Source of the DNA: a virus
Length of the DNA: 64,000 nucleotides
Strand: one strand, 5' to 3'
Virus record (IMG/VR): IMGVR_UViG_3300030104_007872
Coordinates: 14,085 to 78,084 of that record
Shown: positions 8,780 to 18,668 of the stretch, piece by piece
Position numbering within the stretch: the stretch's first letter is position 1
Layout of the letters: the number at the start of each line of letters is the position of its first letter
The notes under the pieces: model-generated
Seen by the model: only the letters and a program-made list of their open reading frames with translations
Told to the model about the DNA's origin: nothing
Databases searched by the model: none
Position numbers and translations under genes: made by a program

Positions 8780-9070
8780 ATGGATGCGAAAAAAAAATTA
8801 ATTAAGGGCTCTGAAAAAGAAGTCTCTGGACTCTTTAAAATGATGTTAATGATGGTCGAAGACATGAAAAAAGACCACGATTTTCATTATGATAAGCTTT
8901 ATGAGAATATCCCTAAGGAACACCACCCAATAATTAATGCGGCTAATCACTTTACCCCCGAAAAGGTAGCTTGGATTCGCAAGAGAATTTTGGATTTTGG
9001 AAACGAATCAATTAGAAATATAGGCTCTGAGTTTGATAATTATAAGGTAAGCTTCATATTTAAAAATTAA
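8780..9070 (+). CDS. Hypothetical protein
   Basis: 96-aa ORF divergent from the neck block. Confidence 0.65.
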   Translation: MDAKKKLIKGSEKEVSGLFKMMLMMVEDMKKDHDFHYDKLYENIPKEHHPIINAANHFTPEKVAWIRKRILDFGNESIRNIGSEFDNYKVSFIFKN

Positions 9071-9082
9071 AGGAATAAGGTT

Positions 9083-9838
9083 ATGGCTTTTAAGGAATTA
9101 TATTCATTTACTATAGATCAGGAAAAAGAGATTGAAAAAACTCACACGCGAACAAATAAAAAAACAGGCGAAGAAACAAAGGTAACCAAAAAGGTTAAGG
9201 AGAAGGTTCCAATCACTGTTAAGCTGAAAAGGCCGTCGCGAAGAGAGTTGGAAGATGCGGAATTAGAATATTCCGTAGAAATGAGCCGCTGTGTTAAAAG
9301 GGGTATTTTAACCAAGGCGATGCTCTATAAGAAATACAGTGATACGGGAGGCGTGTTCAGCGAGGAAGATGCAAAGGATTATGGAAAACTGTATAAGGAT
9401 ATTTTGAATTTGCAGAATGAGTATATCCGCTTGGATTCTGTTGATAAAAAATCTGAAAAACAGAAAAAACGTTTAGAGGAAATAAAGGATGAGCTAGCTG
9501 AAACCAAACGGAAAATGGTTGAAGTTGAATCTAATATGCAGTCCCTCTTCGATCATACGGCAGACAATAAGGCTCAGAATCGACTTTTGCTTTGGTATAC
9601 TTTGATGTTAACTCACATTCAAGGAGAGGAGGACGAAAGTGCAATTCCATACTTTAATGGTGACACTTTTGAGGAAAAGATCGAGGACTATTACCTTAAA
9701 GAGGATGAAAGTTCAGAGTTCTATGGGGAAGTAGTTAAAAAGATAACGACTATTTTAGCTTTTTGGTTCTTTAATCAAGCTTCAAGTCCAGAGGAGTTCA
9801 ATGATCTTATCGAAAAGATGGAAAAGGGTGAACTTTGA
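9083..9838 (+). CDS. Putative tail assembly chaperone
   Basis: Charged coiled-coil protein two genes upstream of the tape measure gene; positional call. Confidence 0.5.
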   Translation: MAFKELYSFTIDQEKEIEKTHTRTNKKTGEETKVTKKVKEKVPITVKLKRPSRRELEDAELEYSVEMSRCVKRGILTKAMLYKKYSDTGGVFSEEDAKDYGKLYKDILNLQNEYIRLDSVDKKSEKQKKRLEEIKDELAETKRKMVEVESNMQSLFDHTADNKAQNRLLLWYTLMLTHIQGEEDESAIPYFNGDTFEEKIEDYYLKEDESSEFYGEVVKKITTILAFWFFNQASSPEEFNDLIEKMEKGEL

Positions 9839-10818
9839 GTGAAGAGTTTTATATTTCTGTTATTGGTGAGGTATTTGACGGGTGCACAGAAATAAGCATC
9901 AGAGGTGTAAGTGCTTATTTAAAGCATGTCAGTATCAGGGATCAAAGATATATACACAAATACTACGAAAAATATAGGCAAAGGGCGATTGATAAAGGTG
10001 TAGAAACCGAAGCTGATCGCTTGACGTATATAGTCGAGGAAGAATTGTGGCTAGCCGAAGACGATACAAAGATAGCATTGCTAGCCGACGAAATTAAAAA
10101 CTTAGAGAAAACAGTTAAGAGTTTAAACCTGCCTTCTCAAAAGGAACAGGTGCAGGTTACGCTGCGAGAGAGGCGCGAGGAATGGCTGGGCTTGCACCAG
10201 CAAAGAAAAGAGGCGGTCGGAAAAACCGCTGAAGATTACGCCACAAATAGGGCGTCTGACGAATTGCTGAGATTTGTTTTGTTTAAAGATGAAGATTTAA
10301 CGGAACATTTTTATACAGAAGAAGAATTTGAAAATTTGGAGAGTTGGGAAATCTTAAAAATTGGTAAAAAGCAGGAAGAGGTAGCAAAACGCTTTGATGA
10401 GCTAACTTTACAAAAGGCAGTTTTGCGTCCGTTTTTTAGTATGTACCTATCTTTGTGTGAAGATGTTGGTATTTTTTATAGAAAACCCGTAACTCATTTA
10501 TCGATTTATCAATTAAAGGTGGCGCTTTTTGGCAGAATGTTTTTTAACGTTTTTCAATACACTGATGATATTCCCGATCATATCAAAGATGATCCCGAAA
10601 AGCTGTTGGCTTATGCGGACGCACAAAAGAAGGGTGATGCCGACTTGGGAATTGATCAAAATGCGGATGCAAGTGCGGTATTCGGAGCGACCAAGCAAGA
10701 CATGAAGAGTCTTGGTTTAGAAAGCCAGTCAAACGTTTCTTTGCGAGATGAAGCTCAAAAACATGGCGGTAGACTAGATATGAAACAAATGATGCGATTA
10801 GCTGGGCATGATGTGTAA
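9835..10818 (+). CDS. Putative second tail assembly chaperone
   Basis: TTG start overlapping the upstream stop; coiled-coil; immediately precedes the tape measure gene. Confidence 0.5.
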   Translation: MSEEFYISVIGEVFDGCTEISIRGVSAYLKHVSIRDQRYIHKYYEKYRQRAIDKGVETEADRLTYIVEEELWLAEDDTKIALLADEIKNLEKTVKSLNLPSQKEQVQVTLRERREEWLGLHQQRKEAVGKTAEDYATNRASDELLRFVLFKDEDLTEHFYTEEEFENLESWEILKIGKKQEEVAKRFDELTLQKAVLRPFFSMYLSLCEDVGIFYRKPVTHLSIYQLKVALFGRMFFNVFQYTDDIPDHIKDDPEKLLAYADAQKKGDADLGIDQNADASAVFGATKQDMKSLGLESQSNVSLRDEAQKHGGRLDMKQMMRLAGHDV

Positions 10819-10851
10819 ATCTTTGTGTAAATAATACAAAGGTTAACGGAA

Positions 10852-13800
10852 ATGCCAGTTAGAATACCAGTAACAGAAACAGGATTAGAGGCCAGTATAT
10901 TAGAGGCTACCCGTAGGGCTGGCGCTAAAGCGGGAAAAAATTTAAAAATAAATCTGGGGACTAACCCCAAAAGTATAGAGGCTCTTTCGCAACCACTAGG
11001 GCGTATTACTGGAAAAGCCGACGAATTTACCAAGTCAATGGAGGCGGCTAACGCTCGTGTGTTGGCATTCGGTGCATCCGTTGGGGTTCTGAGTGCGGTA
11101 ACCAAAGGCTTTAAGGATTTAGTTACGGTTACAATTGAAGTTGAAAAGCAATTAACTTCAATTAACACCATTGTTGGGGGCACTGCTGCTGAATTATCTA
11201 AGTTCAAAAAAGAAATCTTTGATGTTGCTCGGGAGACCGAGCAATCGTTCGATACTGTGGCCGAGGCCGCTCTTGAATTAAGTCGTCAAGGTCTCAGCGC
11301 TGAGGATGTCCTTAAGAGATTGGGTGATTCTATGATCCTAACTCGACTGTCTGGCTTGGGTGCTGGCGAGGCTGTGGCAGGACTAACTGCGGCAATCAAC
11401 TCTTTTACTAAAGCTGGGGTTACAAGCGAAGAGGTGTTGAATAAGCTTTCTGCGGCAGCGGTTTCCGCAGCGGTTTCCGAAAGAGATTTGATTGAAGGTA
11501 TTAAGCGTTCGGGCGCTGTTGCGGTTCAGGCGGGCGTTAGTCTAGATGAGCTTATTGGTGTAATTTCCGCAGTTCAACAAAGAACAGCGCGGGGTGGTTC
11601 AGTTATCGGTAACTCCTTCAAGACTATTTTTACGAGAATCCAGAGTTTGGATAAGCTGGAGACGATGCAGAATCTTGGGGTGCAGGTTACAGATCTTCAA
11701 GGGGATGTTTTACCTGCTATTCAGCTTATTAAAAATTTAGCAGGAGCTTTAAATGCTTTACCTGAAGCCAAGCAACTTCAAATTGCAGAAAAATTAGTTG
11801 GTAAATTTCAAATTGCACCTTTTTTGGCTATTTTAGAAGATTATAATTCTGAAGCTCAGATAGCTATAGAGGTTACTAAAGTTGCACAAAACGCTACTAC
11901 AGAAGCTTATCAACGAAATGTTGCTCTTAACAAAACTTTGTCAGCAGCAATTAATGAGGCGACAATTAATCTAAAGGAGTTAGCCAACACATTGGGTGAA
12001 ATTGGTGTAACCGACAGCCTGAAAAATATTCTTGGCTTTTTTAACACTTTGGTAAGTAAAATCCAAGATGTTATGGAGGGCGAAGGTCTTGGAAGCGATT
12101 TTGCAAGAGCGATAGTCAAGGGCATCAGTAATGTTATTAGCGGACCTGGGTTAGCGATCTTTGGAGCCATCATTGCTAAATTAACAATTGATTTAGCTAA
12201 GTTTGGAACGAAGGCTCTTACTACATTCTTTGGCATGAATAGTGCCGCCAAGCAAATTGCGACTACGCAAGGAGCAATAGCGTCAACTCTTTTAAGTAAT
12301 CAGGAAATTCAAAAACGAATTTTAAGTATAGAAAATTCTACTCTTAGTGTTGAGCAAAAGAGGAAGGCCCAGATGGACTTTTTCACAACGGCCTTAAACG
12401 CTCAATATGCTACCATGCAAAAAATGCAGACTATTGCGGGTCGCATAGCTCCTGGGGTAGTCAAAGGAACATCTGGCGGTGGTCGAGGTGCAGGAGGATT
12501 TGTTCCAAATTTCGATGCCGTGAGGGGTTATGGCCCACAACGAGGCATGATTCCAAATTTCGATGCGGTGAGAGGTTACGCTCAAGAGAATGCTGATATT
12601 AGTCGCGGCGTAGGTGGAGCACCCGCTTCGGCTAGACCCGTAGCTATTCCTAATTTTAATTTTGGTCAAGGACAGAGAGGCACAATGATCGCCAACACCA
12701 GTGAGGTGATGGTTCCAAATTATGCTGGCGGGGGATCTGCCATCTTTAATCGCGACATGATAGGGGCGGCAGGGATGCCGCGTGGCGCTCGCTCAATTAC
12801 AGGTGCTAGCGGATATATACCGAATTTCCAGAGGGGACTTAAAAAAGATCAGGCTGGCTTCGAACATTCTTTTAGAAATGCGAGCATATCCAACTTAGAT
12901 AAGACTATTGCCAACAGTAAGAATGCTGCCGCCGTTGCCGCAGCCAAGGCTGTCAAGGACAAGAGACAGGGTAAGAAGGCTGGGGTCATAAGCTTTAATG
13001 CCAAAGACTATGGGGTCGCTGCGATGTTTGCTGGCAAGGGTTCCGCAGTTAGGTCGGTTAACCAACAACTAGACACGCTCATAAAGTCGGGGGGAGAAGC
13101 GGCGCTCAGGGCGAGTCAGCTAAAAAAGATGGGCGCGACAGCTATTAATTATTCTGGCGTTCAAGTGCAAGACTTGGAGTCCATGAAAAACCGCAAGCGC
13201 GGGAAAATTAATGAACCGAGTAACCGAAGGGCGCTGTCGCGTTTTTTCCTTAAGCCTCTTCAGCGTTATGGTAACTTTATGACCGATACCATATTTGATG
13301 GTAACGAATTAGCTCAAATTCAAAATCAAAACAGAAAATTTGTTAGCGGTCCAGATATTTTTTCGAGTTCAGTAGAGGGTGGTCTTTTCGAGGCTGCAAT
13401 TAGGCTTGTCACTAAAGGCGCGAAAGCCAGTAGGGCTTTTAAATCCCATAGCGATTCCCAAGCTGCATTTGATTTTGAGGAGACATCACCTCCACAACAG
13501 GGCTTTAAAGACGCTTTTGGTTTTGGCAGAAATCTTAGGAGGGCTGACGCAAAGAGAACTGCGGACGCAGACTCAGTAAGAACACTTATAAGCAAGACTT
13601 TAAGAACTGATGACGGGTTTCAAGCTATGAAATCCGCCGCAAGGAGACAGGGCTTCAAGGGTGCTGCTTCTGGTTATATTCCAAATTTCGCTTCACCGCT
13701 TCAAGATGCCATTGCAAGAGAAATGTCTGCTGGCATACCAATTAATCAAGTAAGGATCAATCAAGATGGTGGTCTTCGTAATGCTGGAAACCCAATGGGT

Positions 13801-16800
13801 CTGGCGGTGACTAATATTCGGGATGAGCCTACGGGGGCTATTCCAAGGGGAGCGGGGGGTTTTGTTCCAAATTATAATATTGGTATGGGGCTGCGCCCCC
13901 CAGCGGCTGCTGCTGGTGGTGCTGGCCCTCAGAGTTTGGGGGCAAGAGCCTTAGACAAAAGCCTGAAGGGTTTGTCGGCATCAGTAAGAGCAACAGGTAA
14001 GGGCATTGTCGCCTTGGGTGGCTCGGCGGGACTGGGAATTGAAAAGCTTTTTGCTCTTCAGATTGGCATGACCGCTCTAACAGGCATGACTTCCGAAGCG
14101 GAGAGTGGTATGGGTAAATTTGCTCACGGTTTGAGTAGCGCGTTAAACGCGGTCGTTATGACCAGTTTTGCAATGCAAGGTCTTCAGGGTTTTGCGAAAG
14201 AGGGGAGTGCGGCGGCTGGTGTACTGGGTAAGTTGGGTGTAGCAGCCGTTGGAGCAACTGTAGCGTTTCAGGTTTTTAAGGGCTTAAAGTCTATATTTAA
14301 TGAGGTCACAGGAGTAAATAAGTCTGCTAACGTGCAGATAGCATTATTGGCGGATGCCGCCAAAGATGCAAGCTTAAGTCTTGCAGGCTTAACCGCTGTG
14401 CAACAAAATGAGCTAAAGGAGGAGGCTAAGGAAATTTTTGAGGCGAGGGGCGGCGAAGGTAGATTTAAGTTCAGGGGTTTTCAAGGAGACGACGAAGAGA
14501 TTGAGCAACGATTTGGAGAAGCTATTGCTTTCGCTCGGCAAGGCGGCACGGGTAGGGCAGAGATAAATAGGCTCATAACAGAAATGTTTGAGATCACATC
14601 GGGCACCAGAATAATAGTGGATGAGTTTGAGGGGATCATAGACGCGAGTACAGTTACCAATGAGGTAATTGAAAGAACTTTAGCTAAAATACTAGACTCA
14701 GGAAGGGATACCGCAGAGCGAATTGACAGAATTCTTAGTGGCGTTGGCGAACGGGAGCGTGGAATTTTAGGCAGGCCACGACCAGATCAATCCACGCCAA
14801 CAATCTTTGGTTTACCCGTTCTGTCACCACAACAGATTGGTGGGGAGCTACAAAGAAGGGCTGTACGGGATGAATTGAAAAAGGAGCTAATGCTTAGGGC
14901 CAAGATAGATGACGTAACCGCAGAGCAGAAAGTTAGGGAATTCGAGATGGCTCAGGTTATTGCTGAAAAAAATAACAATCTGGAAAAGGAAGCTAATGTT
15001 AGACGCATGGCCGCGAATGAAGCCAAGCAGATCTTGGACATTGAAATTAAAATGGCTCAAATTCAAGTCGAAAACAAAGCGGCCATTAAGGATGTGCAAG
15101 ACCAAAGAAAAATCATCATGGGTCTTTCAGATGCCGAAATCGCGAATATGCGAGAACAAAAGGGGCTGCGTGATATTGAAGTAGCTGCACATAAAAATAT
15201 TCTCAGCTTAATAAAGGATGAGGTTGGAAACATAGAAGAATTAACACTTGAGCAAAGAGAACAGCAAATAGTAGCACAAGCACTGGCTGGTCTTGATAGG
15301 AAACAGCTTCAAGATAAGGAGGCAATCAAATCCGTCTTGATTAACACTATTGATCTTCAAGGCAAGGAGGGTGATGCTTTAAGAATAGCAGAAGCATTAG
15401 CAAATGGAAAATTAGATGCGGTCTTTAGAGAGATGGAGTTAAGAAAGCGTGGTCTTGTCGATTTGGAAAAAGAACGAAGGGAAAACGAACAAATTACCAG
15501 AAGTATTAAAGAGCGTTTGGAGTTCGCTAAACTTGCGGCGGGGGGCCAGAGATTTGAGACTGAACTGGGCACTCGCCAGAGAAGGACTGAGTTAGGTCTC
15601 CAACGAGAGAGAATTCAGGAAAGCACTATGAGGGACGCCCAAAAGAATCGAGCCCTAGCGGAAATAGCCAATGAACTTGCCGAACTTGATTTGACTGATG
15701 CCAAGGCTCAAGCCATTGAAAAAACCACGACGAGCGTAGAGGAGCTTATTTCAAAAATCCCCAGTCTTGAATCTGCTCTTAGACCCTTGTTGAATATGCT
15801 TGCTGACCCCGTTCAAGGTGGAACTGGAGCGCAGATTTCTGAAGTGGGAGAGGGAGTAAGGAAAGCTGTCGCTGCGAGCGGTGGAGTTGGGGCGCAATTT
15901 ATGAGTCCCATTGTTCAGGAAGTCGTCGGGGTTGGGTTGTCTTCTGAAATGAAACTGGCGGCTGCTGCAACTGCTCAAGAAACAGAGGAAACGGGTAAAT
16001 TGACTCAGGCGAAGGAGGCCGAGACAAAAGCCACAAATGACCAAAGAACTACATTGGCAGGCGTTAATAAAGCTCTTATTAGTTTAAGAAGAAATTTAAT
16101 CGGTGCTACTGACGCTGGCTCCATAGTCTCAGCAATCAGGGACGAACAAAAAGAATTAAGAACTGGCGCAAGAGGAGTAACTGACATTAGCGAATCTGGC
16201 ATAGAGTTTGATTTCGCTAAACAGAAAATACTTGATCAACAATTTTTAGCTCAGACACAAGCCGAATCCAATCAACTCGGTAGGCAGTTGGACTTCTTAG
16301 ATCGAATGAGAGACGTTAAGGCGGCGATGTTGAGGGGTGACATCAATCGTGAGGAAGCTGCTCGGAAAATTTTACAAATTGAAAAGGAAAGGTTGGCTGT
16401 AAACAGCACCCTTGCCAACAGATGGAAGGATACTTTTGACACTAGTGCTGCCGAAAGACAAAGACAAATAACCAACGCTTGGGTTTCAGGTGCAAAACAA
16501 TTTGCAGATGCCATTGGCAACGGTTTGGTGGATGCCATTGCGAAGGGTGAATCGTTAGGCGATTCGCTTCGTAATGCCGCTGCAAGTTTTGCAGATATGA
16601 TGGCGCGAGCCTACATGCAACAGGCGGCAAATCGAATAGTTGGTAATGTTGGTGGCGGCATGATAAGTGGCGGTGGCGGTGGAGGCGGCATTGGCGGCGG
16701 CGGCATTTTGAGGGGCATTGGTAATTTCATTGGCGGGCTTTTCCAAAGCGGTGGAATGGTTAGGGGTGGCTCTGGAACCAAAGATGATGTGCCTGCCGTC

Positions 16801-17874
16801 TTGACGGGTGGCGAATTTGTAATGAGGAGAGGTGCCGTTAGCAAATACGGCGCTCCTTTTATGGAGGCTTTAAACGCAGGAGCGGTTACAGGCTTTCAGT
16901 ATGGCGGAAGAGTTCAGAGGGGTAATAATTTATTTACTCCAAGTAAGAGCCGTGGATCAATAGTTGGGTCTAGTAATTTACTAAGATTTGCAACTCAGGG
17001 CTTCACTAGTGGCGCCTCAGATGTAATTGTTGGAGGCTCTGGTGTGGCGGGTATTGGCTTGGAAGCTGAAAGTGTCCGCTTAACAAATCGTGGCAGAATG
17101 CTTGGTCCTCGTGCTGAGAGATTAAGGGAATCCAAACAAACCGCTTTTGGTTTAGTTGGTGAGCAGGAGGGCATAATGGCCAATTATAGGGAAAAGCTTT
17201 TACAGCAAAAACTTGCCAAAAAAGAAGAAAAGAAAAGGAAGAAGGAGCAGGAAGCTCAAGAAAAATATCAGAGAGAATTAGAAAAATTTCGAAGAGCAGA
17301 ACAAAGAAGACAGGAGAAACGCTCTATGTGGACTAGTCTGGCTATAATTGCGGGCGGCGCTCTTTTAGGTGGAGGATTTGGTGGTTACTCAAGTCAAGTT
17401 GGTGCCGCATATGGAGGAACCGCAAACATGACCGTTGCAGGAAGCATGGCGGATAGAAGCTTCGCTAACACAGGTGGTGGACTTTTTCCCCGTGCCGCAG
17501 GGGGATATGTTCCCCGTGCCGCAGGTGTAGATACGGTTCCATCAATGTTGTCGGGTGGCGAATTTGTGATGAATGCTGGAGCCACACAGCGTTTGGGTTC
17601 AGCTAATCTAAATGCTCTGAATTCAGGCGGGGGCTCTTTAGGAGGCTCTCCAGATATAGTCGCTAAGCTAGATGAACTTATTACCGTAACCAGCGAGGGT
17701 CATGGAGACATAAATATTGTGGTTAACTCAGATGGAGGTGGGCAAGTGCAAGGGGGAGCCGCTCCAGAAGCTGCGGCCTCAGCCCAGCGCCAATTAGCTG
17801 AATCGCTCAAACAAGCGGTGGTGAAAGAGATTGAAAACCAGAAAAGACTTGGGGGCGCCCTTAGAAGAAGATAA
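10852..17874 (+). CDS. Tail tape measure protein, 2340 aa, with embedded repeat-bounded modules
   Basis: N-terminal TP901-type TMP region (ELSRQG, GNSFKTIFTRI), long Ala/Gly-rich and coiled-coil regions, and C-terminal GGxV...D(D/T)VP...GGEFVM repeats. Confidence 0.9.
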   Translation: MPVRIPVTETGLEASILEATRRAGAKAGKNLKINLGTNPKSIEALSQPLGRITGKADEFTKSMEAANARVLAFGASVGVLSAVTKGFKDLVTVTIEVEKQLTSINTIVGGTAAELSKFKKEIFDVARETEQSFDTVAEAALELSRQGLSAEDVLKRLGDSMILTRLSGLGAGEAVAGLTAAINSFTKAGVTSEEVLNKLSAAAVSAAVSERDLIEGIKRSGAVAVQAGVSLDELIGVISAVQQRTARGGSVIGNSFKTIFTRIQSLDKLETMQNLGVQVTDLQGDVLPAIQLIKNLAGALNALPEAKQLQIAEKLVGKFQIAPFLAILEDYNSEAQIAIEVTKVAQNATTEAYQRNVALNKTLSAAINEATINLKELANTLGEIGVTDSLKNILGFFNTLVSKIQDVMEGEGLGSDFARAIVKGISNVISGPGLAIFGAIIAKLTIDLAKFGTKALTTFFGMNSAAKQIATTQGAIASTLLSNQEIQKRILSIENSTLSVEQKRKAQMDFFTTALNAQYATMQKMQTIAGRIAPGVVKGTSGGGRGAGGFVPNFDAVRGYGPQRGMIPNFDAVRGYAQENADISRGVGGAPASARPVAIPNFNFGQGQRGTMIANTSEVMVPNYAGGGSAIFNRDMIGAAGMPRGARSITGASGYIPNFQRGLKKDQAGFEHSFRNASISNLDKTIANSKNAAAVAAAKAVKDKRQGKKAGVISFNAKDYGVAAMFAGKGSAVRSVNQQLDTLIKSGGEAALRASQLKKMGATAINYSGVQVQDLESMKNRKRGKINEPSNRRALSRFFLKPLQRYGNFMTDTIFDGNELAQIQNQNRKFVSGPDIFSSSVEGGLFEAAIRLVTKGAKASRAFKSHSDSQAAFDFEETSPPQQGFKDAFGFGRNLRRADAKRTADADSVRTLISKTLRTDDGFQAMKSAARRQGFKGAASGYIPNFASPLQDAIAREMSAGIPINQVRINQDGGLRNAGNPMGLAVTNIRDEPTGAIPRGAGGFVPNYNIGMGLRPPAAAAGGAGPQSLGARALDKSLKGLSASVRATGKGIVALGGSAGLGIEKLFALQIGMTALTGMTSEAESGMGKFAHGLSSALNAVVMTSFAMQGLQGFAKEGSAAAGVLGKLGVAAVGATVAFQVFKGLKSIFNEVTGVNKSANVQIALLADAAKDASLSLAGLTAVQQNELKEEAKEIFEARGGEGRFKFRGFQGDDEEIEQRFGEAIAFARQGGTGRAEINRLITEMFEITSGTRIIVDEFEGIIDASTVTNEVIERTLAKILDSGRDTAERIDRILSGVGERERGILGRPRPDQSTPTIFGLPVLSPQQIGGELQRRAVRDELKKELMLRAKIDDVTAEQKVREFEMAQVIAEKNNNLEKEANVRRMAANEAKQILDIEIKMAQIQVENKAAIKDVQDQRKIIMGLSDAEIANMREQKGLRDIEVAAHKNILSLIKDEVGNIEELTLEQREQQIVAQALAGLDRKQLQDKEAIKSVLINTIDLQGKEGDALRIAEALANGKLDAVFREMELRKRGLVDLEKERRENEQITRSIKERLEFAKLAAGGQRFETELGTRQRRTELGLQRERIQESTMRDAQKNRALAEIANELAELDLTDAKAQAIEKTTTSVEELISKIPSLESALRPLLNMLADPVQGGTGAQISEVGEGVRKAVAASGGVGAQFMSPIVQEVVGVGLSSEMKLAAAATAQETEETGKLTQAKEAETKATNDQRTTLAGVNKALISLRRNLIGATDAGSIVSAIRDEQKELRTGARGVTDISESGIEFDFAKQKILDQQFLAQTQAESNQLGRQLDFLDRMRDVKAAMLRGDINREEAARKILQIEKERLAVNSTLANRWKDTFDTSAAERQRQITNAWVSGAKQFADAIGNGLVDAIAKGESLGDSLRNAAASFADMMARAYMQQAANRIVGNVGGGMISGGGGGGGIGGGGILRGIGNFIGGLFQSGGMVRGGSGTKDDVPAVLTGGEFVMRRGAVSKYGAPFMEALNAGAVTGFQYGGRVQRGNNLFTPSKSRGSIVGSSNLLRFATQGFTSGASDVIVGGSGVAGIGLEAESVRLTNRGRMLGPRAERLRESKQTAFGLVGEQEGIMANYREKLLQQKLAKKEEKKRKKEQEAQEKYQRELEKFRRAEQRRQEKRSMWTSLAIIAGGALLGGGFGGYSSQVGAAYGGTANMTVAGSMADRSFANTGGGLFPRAAGGYVPRAAGVDTVPSMLSGGEFVMNAGATQRLGSANLNALNSGGGSLGGSPDIVAKLDELITVTSEGHGDINIVVNSDGGGQVQGGAAPEAAASAQRQLAESLKQAVVKEIENQKRLGGALRRR
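12503..12580 (+). repeat. In-frame 48-nt-period tandem duplication (PNFDAVRGY x2)
   Basis: TTCCAAATTTCGATGC-GTGAG-GGTTA at 12503 and 12551. Confidence 0.85.
17486..17525 (+). repeat. In-frame 24-nt-period tandem duplication (PRAAG x2)
   Basis: Exact TTCCCCGTGCCGCAGG at 17486 and 17510. Confidence 0.85.
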
Positions 17875-18668
17875 TGTTTGGAGCGCGTTTAAATTATGAG
17901 TCCAGATTTTTTGTCACTGGGCAGGAATTGTCTGGCATTGACTCTATTGACATAGGATACGCTAACGCCACGAATATTTTGCAGCCACTTGGCTTTCCGA
18001 CGGGCTTAACAGTCGTTGCTGGCCCGACAGAAGAATCTTTGTCGCTCTCTAGGTATCTTGTTTATGACGATCCCATTCTTGCTTTTACGGGTGACTCATG
18101 CATGTCGGGTAGTATTAATTATCAAGGAAAAGCCTATGGTTTTGATAGTGGTTACCTAAATAATTATTCCGTCAATTGCGCCGTGGGCAACATTCCGAGG
18201 GTCAATGCTAGTTTTTTAGTTTATGATGAAATGAGGACTGGGGATGGTGCTGACGCCTCAGGCGCCATAGCCGCGCCAACACTTCACATACCCAATCAAG
18301 GTTCCATCACTGTCACTTGCGATAATTCAACAACCAACAGAGTTGTTGGTTTTGATTATTCAATTACCTGCAATCGCAAGCCTTATTACACAATAGGTTC
18401 TGAAAAGGCGGCTGATGTAAAATTGATACCGCCGCTGATCTATAATGCTACGGTTCAATTGGACGTTGATGACGCCTTCATGGAAAGTGGATTTAGTTTC
18501 TTGGGAACAGGTAAAGAGCAAAGAGGCGTTTCATTTACCATCAATGGTCGCGATGGAACTGCTCTGCAATCTCTTACTGTCCCTCAAGCCTGTTTAACAT
18601 CTGAGCAGTTAAATGCTTCGGCGGATGGCGCATTAAGATTAACTCTAACTTATATGGGACACTCATGA
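17874..18668 (+). CDS. Tail-tube-fold protein (baseplate-proximal tube paralog)
   Basis: NYSVNCAVGNIPRVNASF resembles DYTFDCSVGSIPTVSVTC of the tube protein; directly after the tape measure gene. Confidence 0.55.
   Translation: MFGARLNYESRFFVTGQELSGIDSIDIGYANATNILQPLGFPTGLTVVAGPTEESLSLSRYLVYDDPILAFTGDSCMSGSINYQGKAYGFDSGYLNNYSVNCAVGNIPRVNASFLVYDEMRTGDGADASGAIAAPTLHIPNQGSITVTCDNSTTNRVVGFDYSITCNRKPYYTIGSEKAADVKLIPPLIYNATVQLDVDDAFMESGFSFLGTGKEQRGVSFTINGRDGTALQSLTVPQACLTSEQLNASADGALRLTLTYMGHS

Noticed and set aside
9818-9842. Lambda G/GT-type -1 frameshift (G GAA AAG) or prfB-like +1 shift (CTT TGA) between the two chaperone genes
   Set aside because: The -1 frame has TGA at 9829-9831, after the candidate slippery site, and the +1 frame stops after TTT GAG. 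A coupled TTG start is simpler.
16651-16740. GGC-rich repeat in the tape measure gene
   Set aside because: It simply encodes a poly-Gly linker.
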